From Crocinitomicaceae bacterium (GTDB taxonomy: Bacteria > Bacteroidota > Bacteroidia > Flavobacteriales_D > Crocinitomicaceae): a stretch of DNA of 64,000 nt. The position numbers were made by a program, and so were the translations under genes. The stretch lies in the NCBI GenBank assembly GCA_041392305.1, contig JAWKMJ010000010.1, positions 29,879 to 93,878 of the forward strand, in the 5' to 3' direction. The notes under the pieces were generated by a model that saw nothing but the letters and a program-made list of their open reading frames with translations, had not been told where the DNA came from and ran no database searches. Below are positions 17,693 to 28,039 of the stretch, piece by piece (position 1 is the first letter of the stretch; every line of letters starts with the position of its first letter).

Positions 17693-19204
17693 TTATTCTG
17701 TTTTATCTTCTTCTGAAGTTGCTTGATTGGCTGCTTCTTCATTTGTTTGATCTGCTTTTGGCTCCTCCTTTGCAACAGGCTCGGTAGTAGGAGTAGGAGT
17801 AGGAGTAGGAGTACTTGGAGCTGACTCAGTAGAAACATCACCAGGGGCTGCACTTTCTCCAATTATAGGTAGATATTTGAATACGATACCTCCTAGGAAT
17901 CCAGCACCAACGATCAACATAAACGAATTGAACTTTGCCCCTGCATCCAATTCGGATCCAAGAGCTATCAATCCTAATACCGTAAATATTGGAGCCCAAA
18001 TTAAATTATACCACTTGTTGTCTTTCAGTGCATAATGAATAACCATTACAGATAAAACAATCATTACCAAAATATTTACGAGAACAACAACGTCTTCTAA
18101 TCCCCAATTTACAAATGGAGCCATTAGAAGGAAATAAAATGGAAGTACCACAGCGAATACATTGGCTCTTCTATCGTTGTCAACATATTCAGATTTCCAA
18201 ATCATGAAAACCATAAATGCCGCAACAGCCAAGATTAAAATCACAATATAAGCAGTCCATTCTTTCAAGATAGAGTCAACAAATGAAAGGTACCCTGAGG
18301 CTCCATACAGACCTACCATCGCACCTTTAGACATCATACTGTATCCCATTGTAATAAATAGGATGACCGAAATTACTTGGAATGGCTTGAAAACAATGTA
18401 ATTATGTTTGTACACGATATTTCCTATCAAATATAAAAGCGAACCAGCTAACAATGTTCCAAAAACTTGATGTGATCCTAAAGCAGATGCAACGCCCATA
18501 AGTAAAAGGCCTGCGAAACTATAACCTAATAAAATACTTTCAATTCCAGGTCTGAAATTCTCTCTGAAAGACAATGTGAAATAGGGAATATATACTATAA
18601 AGAAGAACCAGAACCAGAAAGAAGTAAACTCACCTCCTGCAATATAAGCCATTACTTCTCTTCCACCTACTAAACGTAAAACAGGGCTAATTGCCGATCC
18701 TGCACCAATGTAAGTAAGAAGCAGTCCAGCATAGAATAATCCTCCAAGGACATTTTTTCTTAGATAAAGAACTGGAATGTAAAGAAATAGTAAAATAAAA
18801 ATACCAGTTTTTGGCTCATCCCACCATTCCATCGTTCCTCCTAACATCATGAAACCAGCAGTAAAGAACACAACTAATGAGTAGGTTCCAACTTCACCCC
18901 AGTATCTTGAGTTAGGTTTAAATTTAAGGGCATACACATAGCTTCCCAATCCAATAAGGATCATCAAAGCACTCATGGTATTTGAGAAGCCTTCAGGATC
19001 TGCAAAAGCGTCTTTGATAAGTCCTGAAAATCCTCCAAGAAAGAATAGAATAGCGGTCAAACATAAAGCTCCAAAAGCAACTCCAAAATAATCTTTTCTT
19101 GAGAGTAATCCTTCCATTTTTGCAGGTTCTGCAGATGGCTTCGTGTCGAGACCAGATGGTTTGATCATTGACATAAACCAGTTTTTCAATTCAGTAATTT
19201 CCAT
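17693..19204 (-). CDS. polytopic membrane protein (about 12 or more TM) with a Thr/Pro-rich acidic C-terminal tail
   Basis: 503 aa and highly hydrophobic. Tail PSTPTPTPTPTTEPVAKEEPKADQ. No family recognised. Confidence 0.6.
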   Translation of the reverse strand: MEITELKNWFMSMIKPSGLDTKPSAEPAKMEGLLSRKDYFGVAFGALCLTAILFFLGGFSGLIKDAFADPEGFSNTMSALMILIGLGSYVYALKFKPNSRYWGEVGTYSLVVFFTAGFMMLGGTMEWWDEPKTGIFILLFLYIPVLYLRKNVLGGLFYAGLLLTYIGAGSAISPVLRLVGGREVMAYIAGGEFTSFWFWFFFIVYIPYFTLSFRENFRPGIESILLGYSFAGLLLMGVASALGSHQVFGTLLAGSLLYLIGNIVYKHNYIVFKPFQVISVILFITMGYSMMSKGAMVGLYGASGYLSFVDSILKEWTAYIVILILAVAAFMVFMIWKSEYVDNDRRANVFAVVLPFYFLLMAPFVNWGLEDVVVLVNILVMIVLSVMVIHYALKDNKWYNLIWAPIFTVLGLIALGSELDAGAKFNSFMLIVGAGFLGGIVFKYLPIIGESAAPGDVSTESAPSTPTPTPTPTTEPVAKEEPKADQTNEEAANQATSEEDKTE

Positions 19205-19330
19205 GTTATATAAGTATTAAAGATTGGACACTAAATTAATATTTTCATACTTCCGACCAAAGATTAAGTCAAAAGATTTTCACAATGATATTAACAAATA
19301 TCAACAAATAAAAAGCTGAATCTTAGTAAT

Positions 19331-21763
19331 TTAATAAATCGATGGAAAAGCAGTAGGATTGCTTTCACTCATAATCGCATACACTTTTTCAAAGATGTCT
19401 TCCACACTTGGTTTGGAGAAATAGTCTCCGTCCGAACCATATGCAGGACGATGATCTTTTGCACTCAATGTTTCAGGTTTCGAATCCAAATGATAATATG
19501 CATTTTGTTCGTTAAGTAATTTGTCAAGAATATAAGCTGAAGCTCCAGAACTAACGTCTTCATCTACAATTAGAAGTCTATTAGTTTTCTTAATGGATTC
19601 AACCGTTTCATGATGTACGTCGAAAGGAATTAGAGTTTGAACGTCCACTAGTTCCACAGAAATCCCATATTCTTCCAATTGGTTAGCCGCTTCAACGCAT
19701 AAATTAAAGGTAGAACCATAGGATACAACAGTAATGTCTGATCCTACTCGAACAATTTCAGGTATTCCGAGTGGTTCGCAGAATTCTCCAAGGTTGGTCG
19801 GTTTGTTTTCTTTTGTTCTATACCCATTCAATGGCTCAATAACGAGAGCTGCATCATCAGATTTTAAAAGTGTATTGTACATTCCCGCTGCCTTAGTCAT
19901 ATTTCTCGGTACACAAACGTACATTCCTCTTAAGGCATTAATAATCATTCCCATTGGAGACCCTGAATGCCAAATTCCTTCTAATCTGTGTCCTCTAGTT
20001 CGAATGATTAATGGCGCTTTTTGTCCACCTACCGTTCTATATTGAACCGTAGCTAAATCATCAGACATAATCTGAATGGCGTACAGTAAATAATCCAAGT
20101 ACTGAATTTCCGCAATTGGTCTCAATCCTCTCATTGCCATTCCAATTCCTTGACCAATAATAGTGAGCTCTCTAATCCCAGTATCAGAAACTCTCAAGGT
20201 TCCAAATTTCTCCTGCATACCTTCCATGGATTGATTCACACCACCAATTTTTCCGGTGTCTTCTCCAAAAGTTAAAGTTTCAGGATATCTAGTGAAGATT
20301 TCTTCGAAATTCTCTTTAAGGATGATTCTTCCATCAACAAGGTCTTCACCGTTGTATTCTGCAGGCACTGGATCAATATTTGCAATCTGTTCTGTTCCTT
20401 CAGAATAAAGATGCGAACCATATTTTCTATTGTTCTCTGCTGTATATTTTTTAATCCAGTTGATCAAATTTGTTCTTTCGATAGAATTTTCTCCTCGGAC
20501 AATTCTTAGCGCTTTTTTCGCATGAGAAAGCACGTCTTTTTTAATCGGATCCAAAGTCGATTTCAAGCTTTGCACAACTTCATTGATTTCTACTGATTTT
20601 GAGCTTGAATTAGCCAAAGCTTCCATGTGTGAAGTTGCCTGAGCCAAAGCAGATTTGATATCTTCAGTGAATAGTTTCCAAGCTTCTGTCTTTTCTTCTC
20701 GTACTTGTTTCTTTGCTGCTTTTTCAATTTCTTCTAACTCCTCTAAACTAGCTAATGGTTCATCACCAATTTTAAAGTCCAGTATCCAAGACTTAAACTT
20801 TTCAATACAATCGAAATCTTGTTCCCACTGCATTCTTTCAGGTGATTTATATCTTTCATGAGAACCAGAAGTCGAGTGCCCTTGAGGCTGATTCACTTCT
20901 TCAACATGCACCAATACAGGAACATGCTCTTCACGTGCGATTTTTACTGCTTTTTCATAGGTTTCAACCAAATCAGCATAATCCCAACCTTTCGATTTTA
21001 ATATTTCATAACCAGTTTTGGTTTTGGTTCTTTGCATACCTGAAAGTGCTTCAGAAATAGAAGCTTTGGTCGTTTGGTATTTTTTTGGAACTGAAATTCC
21101 GTATCCATCGTCCCAAACACTCATAACCATTGGCACCTGCAAAACACCAGCTGCATTTATTGATTCCCAAAAAGGTCCTTCCGAGGTTGAAGCATCTCCA
21201 ATGGTTCCGAATGCAACTTCGTTTCCTTTATTGGTAAACTGAGTTCTATCGTGTAAGTCTTTGTTATTTCTGTAAATTTTAGAGGCTTGAGCTAATCCTA
21301 CCAAGCGAGCCATTTGACCAGCAGTTGGAGAGATGTCGGCCGAACTGTTTTTCTGCTCCATTAAATTTTTCCAGCTTCCGTCATCATTCAAACTCCTTGT
21401 TGAAAAGTGTCCTCCCATTTGTCTCCCTCCTGAAGCAGGTTCAATCTCTACATCAGTATGGGCATATAAGGCAGAAAAATACTCGCGAACTGTAAGCTGT
21501 CCGATAGCCATCATGAAGGTTTGGTCCCGATAATAACCCGATCTAAAATCTCCATTTTGAAACTGCTTAGCCATGGCGATTTGGGCGATTTCCTTTCCGT
21601 CTCCGAAAATTCCAAATTTGGCTTTCCCGGTCAACACTTCTCTTCTTCCCAATAAAGAAGCTTCTCTCGAGATTCTAGCCAATCTGAAATCATCTAAAAC
21701 TTCCTTCTTGAAATTCTCCAGTTTGATCTTATCGTTTTTGGTTGCAGTTTCTTGTTTCGACAT
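19331..21763 (-). CDS. 2-oxoacid dehydrogenase E1 component, fused alpha/beta (TPP-dependent)
   Basis: 810 aa. The N-terminal half is E1-alpha-like (GDASTSEGPFWESIN). The C-terminal half is a transketolase-like pyrimidine-binding domain (DTGIRELTIIGQGIGMAMRG). Confidence 0.85.
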   Translation of the reverse strand: MSKQETATKNDKIKLENFKKEVLDDFRLARISREASLLGRREVLTGKAKFGIFGDGKEIAQIAMAKQFQNGDFRSGYYRDQTFMMAIGQLTVREYFSALYAHTDVEIEPASGGRQMGGHFSTRSLNDDGSWKNLMEQKNSSADISPTAGQMARLVGLAQASKIYRNNKDLHDRTQFTNKGNEVAFGTIGDASTSEGPFWESINAAGVLQVPMVMSVWDDGYGISVPKKYQTTKASISEALSGMQRTKTKTGYEILKSKGWDYADLVETYEKAVKIAREEHVPVLVHVEEVNQPQGHSTSGSHERYKSPERMQWEQDFDCIEKFKSWILDFKIGDEPLASLEELEEIEKAAKKQVREEKTEAWKLFTEDIKSALAQATSHMEALANSSSKSVEINEVVQSLKSTLDPIKKDVLSHAKKALRIVRGENSIERTNLINWIKKYTAENNRKYGSHLYSEGTEQIANIDPVPAEYNGEDLVDGRIILKENFEEIFTRYPETLTFGEDTGKIGGVNQSMEGMQEKFGTLRVSDTGIRELTIIGQGIGMAMRGLRPIAEIQYLDYLLYAIQIMSDDLATVQYRTVGGQKAPLIIRTRGHRLEGIWHSGSPMGMIINALRGMYVCVPRNMTKAAGMYNTLLKSDDAALVIEPLNGYRTKENKPTNLGEFCEPLGIPEIVRVGSDITVVSYGSTFNLCVEAANQLEEYGISVELVDVQTLIPFDVHHETVESIKKTNRLLIVDEDVSSGASAYILDKLLNEQNAYYHLDSKPETLSAKDHRPAYGSDGDYFSKPSVEDIFEKVYAIMSESNPTAFPSIY

Positions 21764-21970
21764 AATTAATAGCTATTTTTCGGAGTGCGAATATAGTCAA
21801 TTTTCCTTGAAATTGGAAGCAATCAACCCTCTATTTAGCACTGTTTCTCTGAGATTCCCGATTTTAATGGGATTCCGCTTTTGATTCAAACAACTTCTGA
21901 TGGATTTGTGAATTTCCAAGAATACCTAAAAAATAAAAGGCCGTGGAAATAGGAAGTTTCAATTATATAT

Positions 21971-21978
21971 TACATTTG
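21971..21978 (+). promoter_or_regulatory. -7 box TACATTTG upstream of gcvT
   Basis: Exact TAnnTTTG match, 20 nt before the ATG at 21999. Confidence 0.4.
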
Positions 21979-21998
21979 CCAAAACCAAAATCTGGAGA

Positions 21999-23081
21999 AT
22001 GAAAAATACCGCATTAACACAAAAGCATATCGATTTGGGCGCTAAAATGGTGCCATTTGCTGGATATAATATGCCCGTGCAATACGAAGGTGTAAACGTC
22101 GAACACATGACTGTAAGAGAAGGTGTTGGGGTTTTTGACGTATCCCACATGGGTGAATTCTTTTTGAAAGGACCGAAAGCATTGGATTTAATCCAAAAAG
22201 TATCTTCCAATGATGCTTCAAAATTATTTGATGGAAAGGCTCAGTATTCTTGCCTACCAAATAATGATGGCGGAATTGTAGATGATCTAATCATTTATAA
22301 AATCAGCGATGAAGAGTATATGTTAGTAGTCAATGCTTCCAATATCGAAAAGGATTGGAACTGGATTTCGTCTCACAATGATCTTGGAGTGGAAATGACT
22401 AACAGAAGTGATGAGATGTCTTTGCTTGCCATTCAAGGACCAAAAGCAGCTGAAGCAATGCAGTCTCTGACGGATGTGAACCTGAAAGAAATGGTGTATT
22501 ACACTTTTGAAAAAGGGACTTTCGCAGGTGTTGATAACGTAATCATTTCTGCGACAGGTTATACTGGTTCTGGAGGATTCGAAATTTATTTTGACAACAA
22601 GGATGCGAATAAAATTTGGGATGCTGTTTTTGCAGCGGGTAAATCTTTTGGTATTCAACCTATTGGATTGGCTGCTAGAGATACTTTAAGACTCGAAATG
22701 GGATTCTGCTTGTATGGAAACGATATTTCGGATACTACTAGTCCGCTTGAAGCTGGATTGGGATGGGTGACTAAATTCACGAAGGAATTTACAAACTCAG
22801 CGGCCTTAGCGAAGCAAAAAGAAGAGGGAGTTAAAAGAAAATTAGTTGGTTTTGAGTTGGTGGATAAAGGAATTCCTCGTCACGACTATATCATTCAAGA
22901 TGCAGATGGGAATGAAATTGGAATTGTGACTTCTGGAACGATGTCTCCAATGACAAAAAAAGCTATTGGACTTGGATATGTGAAAACAGAATATTCAGCT
23001 CCTGGTTCGGAAATCTATATTGAAGTAAGAAACAAAGCCTTAAAGGCAGAAGTGAAAAAACCTCCTTTTGTGGAGAAATAA
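21999..23081 (+). CDS. gcvT: glycine cleavage system aminomethyltransferase T
   Basis: 360 aa. [28 protein letters not shown] and [15 protein letters not shown] are canonical GcvT motifs. Confidence 0.92.
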   Translation: MKNTALTQKHIDLGAKMVPFAGYNMPVQYEGVNVEHMTVREGVGVFDVSHMGEFFLKGPKALDLIQKVSSNDASKLFDGKAQYSCLPNNDGGIVDDLIIYKISDEEYMLVVNASNIEKDWNWISSHNDLGVEMTNRSDEMSLLAIQGPKAAEAMQSLTDVNLKEMVYYTFEKGTFAGVDNVIISATGYTGSGGFEIYFDNKDANKIWDAVFAAGKSFGIQPIGLAARDTLRLEMGFCLYGNDISDTTSPLEAGLGWVTKFTKEFTNSAALAKQKEEGVKRKLVGFELVDKGIPRHDYIIQDADGNEIGIVTSGTMSPMTKKAIGLGYVKTEYSAPGSEIYIEVRNKALKAEVKKPPFVEK

Positions 23082-23094
23082 AAATTATCTTAAA

Positions 23095-23121
23095 AACTCT
23101 CTCAATCCCGAGGGAGTTTTT
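23095..23121 (+). terminator. intrinsic terminator after gcvT
   Basis: AACTCTCTC / GAGGGAGTT 9-bp stem (one G-U) with loop AATCCC, then TTTAATTTT. Confidence 0.6.
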
Positions 23122-23133
23122 AATTTTACCCCC

Positions 23134-23871
23134 ATGGAAGATACCCGGAAAAGAGTTGAAGTTTGTTTTTCTCCTTATTTGTACCCGCTTTTTAAGGATG
23201 AGTTTGATATTATCGTTGTAATTGATGTGCTTAGAGCAACCTCTGCTATTTGTGCAGCTTTTGATAATGGTATTAAATCCTTGATTCCGGTTACTTCCAT
23301 TGAAGAAGCAAAGGAATATCAAGAAAAAGGATACAAAGTAGGTGCTGAAAGAGGGGGACAAATTGTAGAAGGCTTTGACTTTGGGAACTCACCTTATTCT
23401 TATATGAATCCTGAATTAAAGGGTGAAACGGTCGTGCTTTCAACCACAAATGGTACGAAATCCATAAATATTGCAAAACCTGACGGACTTGTTGTAATTG
23501 GTTCTTTCATTAATTTGGATGCACTGAGCGACTGGTTAATTCAGCAAAATAAAAATGTCCTTTGTTTGTGTTCTGGCTGGCAAAATAAATTCAATTTGGA
23601 GGACACTATTTGTGCTGGAGCGATTTCTGAAAAATTAGTTGCTACTGGGGATTTTCATTCGATTGAAGACTCCTCGATAGCTGCCAAATATTTGTTTTTA
23701 TCTGCGAAAGATAATTACATGGGTTACCTAAAAAGTTCTTCTCACCGCAGAAGATTGATCAACCTCAATCTGAATGAAGACATAAAATATTGCTTAACAC
23801 CAAATCAAACCAATGTTATACCGATTCTCAAAGGGGATCAGCTCTACGAGCATAAAGATCTGGATTTGTAG
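23134..23871 (+). CDS. 2-phosphosulfolactate phosphatase (ComB) family protein
   Basis: IVVIDVLRATSAICAAFDNG motif. I prefer ATG 23134 because the upstream part of track ORF 23068 overlaps the gcvT terminator. Confidence 0.7.
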   Translation: MEDTRKRVEVCFSPYLYPLFKDEFDIIVVIDVLRATSAICAAFDNGIKSLIPVTSIEEAKEYQEKGYKVGAERGGQIVEGFDFGNSPYSYMNPELKGETVVLSTTNGTKSINIAKPDGLVVIGSFINLDALSDWLIQQNKNVLCLCSGWQNKFNLEDTICAGAISEKLVATGDFHSIEDSSIAAKYLFLSAKDNYMGYLKSSSHRRRLINLNLNEDIKYCLTPNQTNVIPILKGDQLYEHKDLDL

Positions 23872-24832
23872 TTTATTTCTAGTTTCTTTTTCCCATCAAC
23901 CACCAAAATCAAAATCCTGGGGATTTGTAGGTCATAAAAAGATCAATGAATTGGCTGTCTATACACTGCCTCCTGAAATGATTGCTTTCTACAAGGCAAA
24001 CATGGACTACATCATAGAGAATTCAGTTCTTCCGGATAAACGCAGATATATTGTGAAAGATGAGGGGCCAAAGCATTTTATTGATCTGGATCACTTTAAA
24101 AAAGATTCTCTTCCAATTGATATGTGGGTTCCAAAAGCATGGGCGAATGCCAAAGAGATTTATGGACGGGATTCCTGTTTTGCCTATGGAGTCCTGCCTT
24201 GGAATATTCAATGGATGCAGTTTAAACTTCAAAAGGCTTTTGAGGCTCGAGATGTAAATAAAATTCTCAAATACTCCTCGGAATTAGGTCATTATGTATC
24301 AGACGCTCACGTGCCTCTGCATACTACAGAGAATTATAATGGACAGCTTACCAATCAGCATGGAATTCATGGATTATGGGAGTCCAGACTAGTAGAGATT
24401 TATTTGTCTGAATATGATTTCTTTGTAGGAAAAGCAATTTTTATTGATCAACTGTTGGATTATACTTGGCAGATTATATATCAATCGCATGCCGAATTGC
24501 CTAAAGTTTTACTACTTGAAAAAATAGCTACAGATTCAGTAGGGGAGAAAAATAAGTATGCTTTTGAGCAAAGAAGTGGACAAATCGTAAAAGTCTATAG
24601 TGCCCAGTTTTCTTCTATTTACCACAGCTCGATGGAAAATATGGTCCAACAAAGAATGCGTGCTGCGGTTTTAGCTGTTGGTTCTTTTTGGTTTACAGCT
24701 TGGGTCAATGCAGGTCAGCCAAATTTAAAGGATTTGGTATTAGTTAAAGACGGACTGATTCCTGAAACAATTGATTCAATTGAGACGTATCCTAACTCTA
24801 AGTATCCGAAAATAAGGATGCACGAGCACTAA
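23813..24832 (+). CDS. zinc hydrolase of the phospholipase C / P1-S1 nuclease superfamily
   Basis: 339 aa. A signal-like IWICSLFLVSF is followed by SWGFVGHKKI (Trp-first metal ligand pattern), HFIDLD and HYVSDAHVPLHTTENY. The 5' end overlaps the ComB-like gene by 59 nt. Confidence 0.6.
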   Translation: MLYRFSKGISSTSIKIWICSLFLVSFSHQPPKSKSWGFVGHKKINELAVYTLPPEMIAFYKANMDYIIENSVLPDKRRYIVKDEGPKHFIDLDHFKKDSLPIDMWVPKAWANAKEIYGRDSCFAYGVLPWNIQWMQFKLQKAFEARDVNKILKYSSELGHYVSDAHVPLHTTENYNGQLTNQHGIHGLWESRLVEIYLSEYDFFVGKAIFIDQLLDYTWQIIYQSHAELPKVLLLEKIATDSVGEKNKYAFEQRSGQIVKVYSAQFSSIYHSSMENMVQQRMRAAVLAVGSFWFTAWVNAGQPNLKDLVLVKDGLIPETIDSIETYPNSKYPKIRMHEH

Positions 24833-24834
24833 AA

Positions 24835-25569
24835 ATGAGGAAAATTAAGTCATATTCAAGTTGGATTAAGAATCAGCATGCCATTCTCTTGCTGGTCTCG
24901 TTAGTGTTTTTTCTGTTCGTTGGTCCGTTAATTCAAGACAAAGGCGTAGTTCGAATTTTTTATAATCTTGTGATGTTGTTGATTGCAATATCAGGTTTTG
25001 TTCTGATCCCAAAAGGAAATAGAGGCCATCTATTTACAATATTGTTTTATTTGAATTTTTTAGCTACTCTCTTTGATTTGTTCCATCTAATTTCTTCCGA
25101 TTTACTTATCTCAAATATTTTTTGGAGTGTTTTCTTCTTAAAGGTATTAATCGAGATTTTTAAACTATCTCTAGATCCGCACAATTCTTCAACTAATGCA
25201 ATGATTAACTCTATTTCAGGATATATTATTCTTGGAATAATCGGTGCAGTTGTACTGGATTTCATGCAGGAAATGGATTTCCATGTTTTTAAAGAGAAGT
25301 ATCCGTTTTATGATTTGATATACTACTCCTTTGTCACTATGACAACTTTGGGTTATGGTGATATTACACCTGTTTTGAAAGAGGGGAAATCTTTTGCTAT
25401 TGTCTTAACCATTGCAGGTCAATTATACATTACTGTTGTGATTGCTATTAATTTGGCAAAATACCTTAATCGGGTGAGTAAAGAAGATGCTGAAGATAAA
25501 TTCAAAGTCATCGAAGGGAAATTAGATCAGCTTTTAAAAATTAAGGAAGACAAAGATTCGATTACTTGA
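24835..25569 (+). CDS. potassium channel family protein (2TM/P-loop)
   Basis: 244 aa. Selectivity filter FVTMTTLGYGDITP. Confidence 0.8.
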   Translation: MRKIKSYSSWIKNQHAILLLVSLVFFLFVGPLIQDKGVVRIFYNLVMLLIAISGFVLIPKGNRGHLFTILFYLNFLATLFDLFHLISSDLLISNIFWSVFFLKVLIEIFKLSLDPHNSSTNAMINSISGYIILGIIGAVVLDFMQEMDFHVFKEKYPFYDLIYYSFVTMTTLGYGDITPVLKEGKSFAIVLTIAGQLYITVVIAINLAKYLNRVSKEDAEDKFKVIEGKLDQLLKIKEDKDSIT

Positions 25570-26419
25570 TATTCACTTTTTTTACCGCATTCATTTGCTC
25601 ATTGTAAATTGTTAAAGTTAGATTATAATGAGCAATTTTCCAGATACCATCGGTAAAGATCCAAGTTCCGGATCCACGACAAATTCCCATGTGTGTGTCC
25701 AATAATTCTTCAAACCAAGCCGTATTTCCATCTTTCGATATATACCAATGCCTTTCCTTAGTTTTAAAATCCCAGCCTTTGCCTTTGGAAAAATAGGGTT
25801 TGCAAAATGCAGCAAATTCCGTTTTAGACCACCTCTCTGAGGGATCTGTGCCTAAATAAATGAAGCTAGAATCCATTGGCGAAAAATAAGCTTCATAATC
25901 AGCATTCCCGGCTGCTTTGTGCCAATCTAACATTTTTTGATCTAGTTTCTTGAATAAACTATCTTTTTCTGATTTATGAATAGAGCATTCTGTCCGAGAG
26001 TCGGTCAGGCTTAATATTTGATACGTCATAGGTTTAAGGGCATTTTTGCCTAAGATGAAGAAATTTTTACCGCAGTGATGAAGTTTTTCATCAAAGTAAA
26101 ATTCATAATCCATACTGACAACCAAATTATAATAATCTCCAGTAACAACAATATTGCTAATTACCTCTTGGTATCTTCCTTTTAGTTTTTCTAATTCTAA
26201 AAATAAATGCCGTGGATCAGAATATTGAAAGCCCTTTGCTCCCGTGGAGGCCATCAGGTTGTTCTCAGCAAAAAAATCTAAAGCAGAACTATCAGAATTG
26301 TTGAATTTTTCAAAAAACGAATACACATATTTAGTGGCGATTTCTTTATAATTATCAGTTCGCTGACTCAATAAAGAAGCGCAAAAAATAACTGAAAGTG
26401 CAAATACATAAATTCTCAT
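25562..26419 (-). CDS. hypothetical secreted protein, possibly tandem NTF2/SnoaL-like folds
   Basis: 285 aa with a signal peptide. The fold assignment is only an impression from the pattern of aromatic residues. Confidence 0.4.
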   Translation of the reverse strand: MRIYVFALSVIFCASLLSQRTDNYKEIATKYVYSFFEKFNNSDSSALDFFAENNLMASTGAKGFQYSDPRHLFLELEKLKGRYQEVISNIVVTGDYYNLVVSMDYEFYFDEKLHHCGKNFFILGKNALKPMTYQILSLTDSRTECSIHKSEKDSLFKKLDQKMLDWHKAAGNADYEAYFSPMDSSFIYLGTDPSERWSKTEFAAFCKPYFSKGKGWDFKTKERHWYISKDGNTAWFEELLDTHMGICRGSGTWIFTDGIWKIAHYNLTLTIYNEQMNAVKKVNIK

Positions 26420-26517
26420 GAATCAAAGATAGGTGAAAAATCAAGACTGCTTTTGCCAATCAACACCATATCCAACCGTTCGCGTAATTGAATTTGTAAT
26501 AACCATTGAAAAAGGCT

Positions 26518-26525
26518 TATTTTTG
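26518..26525 (+). promoter_or_regulatory. -7 box TATTTTTG with a -33-like TTG
   Basis: TAnnTTTG match, 17 nt before the ATG at 26543. A TTG at 26494-26496 lies 21 nt upstream of the box. Confidence 0.45.
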
Positions 26526-26542
26526 CGCAAAATCATAAATCA

Positions 26543-28036
26543 ATGAAAAGAATATTAACTAGTTTATTTGTAGCAGGAAGTCTGTTGGTTGCGAATGCTC
26601 AAGATAAACCCAAGAAAGTGGAGTTTGTCGAGTATGATTTGCCTAATGGATTGCACGTCATTTTGCATCAGAACAATACCAATCCTCTGATTGCAGTTTC
26701 GGTTTTGTACCATGTGGGGTCTAAAGATGAAGATACCAATCGAACAGGATTTGCCCACTTTTTCGAACATTTACTCTTTGAAGGTTCAACCAATATTGGA
26801 AGAGGTGAATATTCAGAATTAGTTGAAGATGCAGGTGGATCGTTGAATGCTAACACTTCACAGGACCGTACTTTCTATTTTGAACTTCTTCCTTCGAATG
26901 AGTTAGAATTAGGACTTTGGTTGGAATCAGAGAGAATGCTTCATGCAAAAGTTGACCAATTAGGAGTGGAAACACAAAGAGAAGTTGTAAAGGAAGAAAA
27001 AAGACAACGTATCGATAATCAGCCTTACGGTACATTCCTCACTAATGCTTTTGATTTGGCTTTTGATGTTCATCCTTATCGATGGATGCCAATTGGTTCG
27101 ATGGAACATCTAGATGCCGCAACTGAAGAAGATTACATAAAATTTTATCGCACGTTCTACGTTCCTAATAATGCAACACTTTCAATTGCTGGAGACATAA
27201 ATATTGAAGAGACAAAGAAACTTGTAAAAAAATATTTTTCTGGTATTCCAACAGGAGAAAAATTGAATGTATATAGAGATGTGGAGTTCTTGAACCCGGA
27301 TGATTTTGTGGCAAAATACTTTCCAGGGGCTCCAGATTCAAAGAAAGAGAAAATTCAAAAGGATTTAGGAGCAAAAACAACTGAAGAGATTTTGAAGATG
27401 TATTTTTCTAATGTTTCTTCTAAAATTATTCCAATTCCAAGACCCACAGCTGTTGAACCAGCTCTTGGAGGAGAAAAGCGAATGATTGTTGAAGATAATG
27501 TACAATTGCCAGCAGTACTTCTAGGTTACCGAATGCCTGAACAAAATTCAAGTGATTTCTATGCAGTTCAAATTTTGAATCGAATATTATCTGGATCTAA
27601 ATCAGCACGATTCAATAAAACTTTGGTGGAAAAGGATCAAAAAGCTTTGTTTGTGCAAGGATTCCCATTACCTATGGAGCATCCAGGATTGGCTTTGGTG
27701 CTTGGAATTTCAAATATGGGAGTTTCTGCAGAAGATTTAGAAAAGTCAATGGATGAGCAAATAGATAAATTACTTGCAGAAGGAGTGACGGAAGAAGAAA
27801 TGGAAATTGTTAAGAATAAAATCGAAACAGATTTTTATTCAACAAATTCTAAGGTTTCCGGAATTAGTGAAAATCTGGCAAATTTCCATGTTTACTTTGG
27901 ATCAGCTGATCAAATAAATAAGCAAATGGAGAAGTATCTTTCTGTTTCGAAAGAAGATATTTTGAGAGTGGCTAAAAAGTATTATGTAAAGGACAATCGA
28001 ATTGTTCTTCATTATGTACCTAAATCAGAACAGTAA
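26543..28036 (+). CDS. M16 (pitrilysin/insulinase) family zinc peptidase, active-type subunit
   Basis: 497 aa with a signal peptide. HxxEH inverted zinc motif in GFAHFFEHLLFEG. Confidence 0.85.
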   Translation: MKRILTSLFVAGSLLVANAQDKPKKVEFVEYDLPNGLHVILHQNNTNPLIAVSVLYHVGSKDEDTNRTGFAHFFEHLLFEGSTNIGRGEYSELVEDAGGSLNANTSQDRTFYFELLPSNELELGLWLESERMLHAKVDQLGVETQREVVKEEKRQRIDNQPYGTFLTNAFDLAFDVHPYRWMPIGSMEHLDAATEEDYIKFYRTFYVPNNATLSIAGDINIEETKKLVKKYFSGIPTGEKLNVYRDVEFLNPDDFVAKYFPGAPDSKKEKIQKDLGAKTTEEILKMYFSNVSSKIIPIPRPTAVEPALGGEKRMIVEDNVQLPAVLLGYRMPEQNSSDFYAVQILNRILSGSKSARFNKTLVEKDQKALFVQGFPLPMEHPGLALVLGISNMGVSAEDLEKSMDEQIDKLLAEGVTEEEMEIVKNKIETDFYSTNSKVSGISENLANFHVYFGSADQINKQMEKYLSVSKEDILRVAKKYYVKDNRIVLHYVPKSEQ

Positions 28037-28039
28037 AAA

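Noticed and set aside
17671-17862. 63-aa ORF with a poly-Leu run.
   Set aside because: It is an alternative frame of the hexanucleotide repeat in the tail of the 503-aa membrane protein gene and has no independent support.
21764-21998. Glycine riboswitch upstream of gcvT.
   Set aside because: I could not find the conserved glycine-aptamer elements (paired GGAGAG...ACCGAAGG-type cores). A -7 box only 20 nt from the ATG leaves no room for a leader aptamer.
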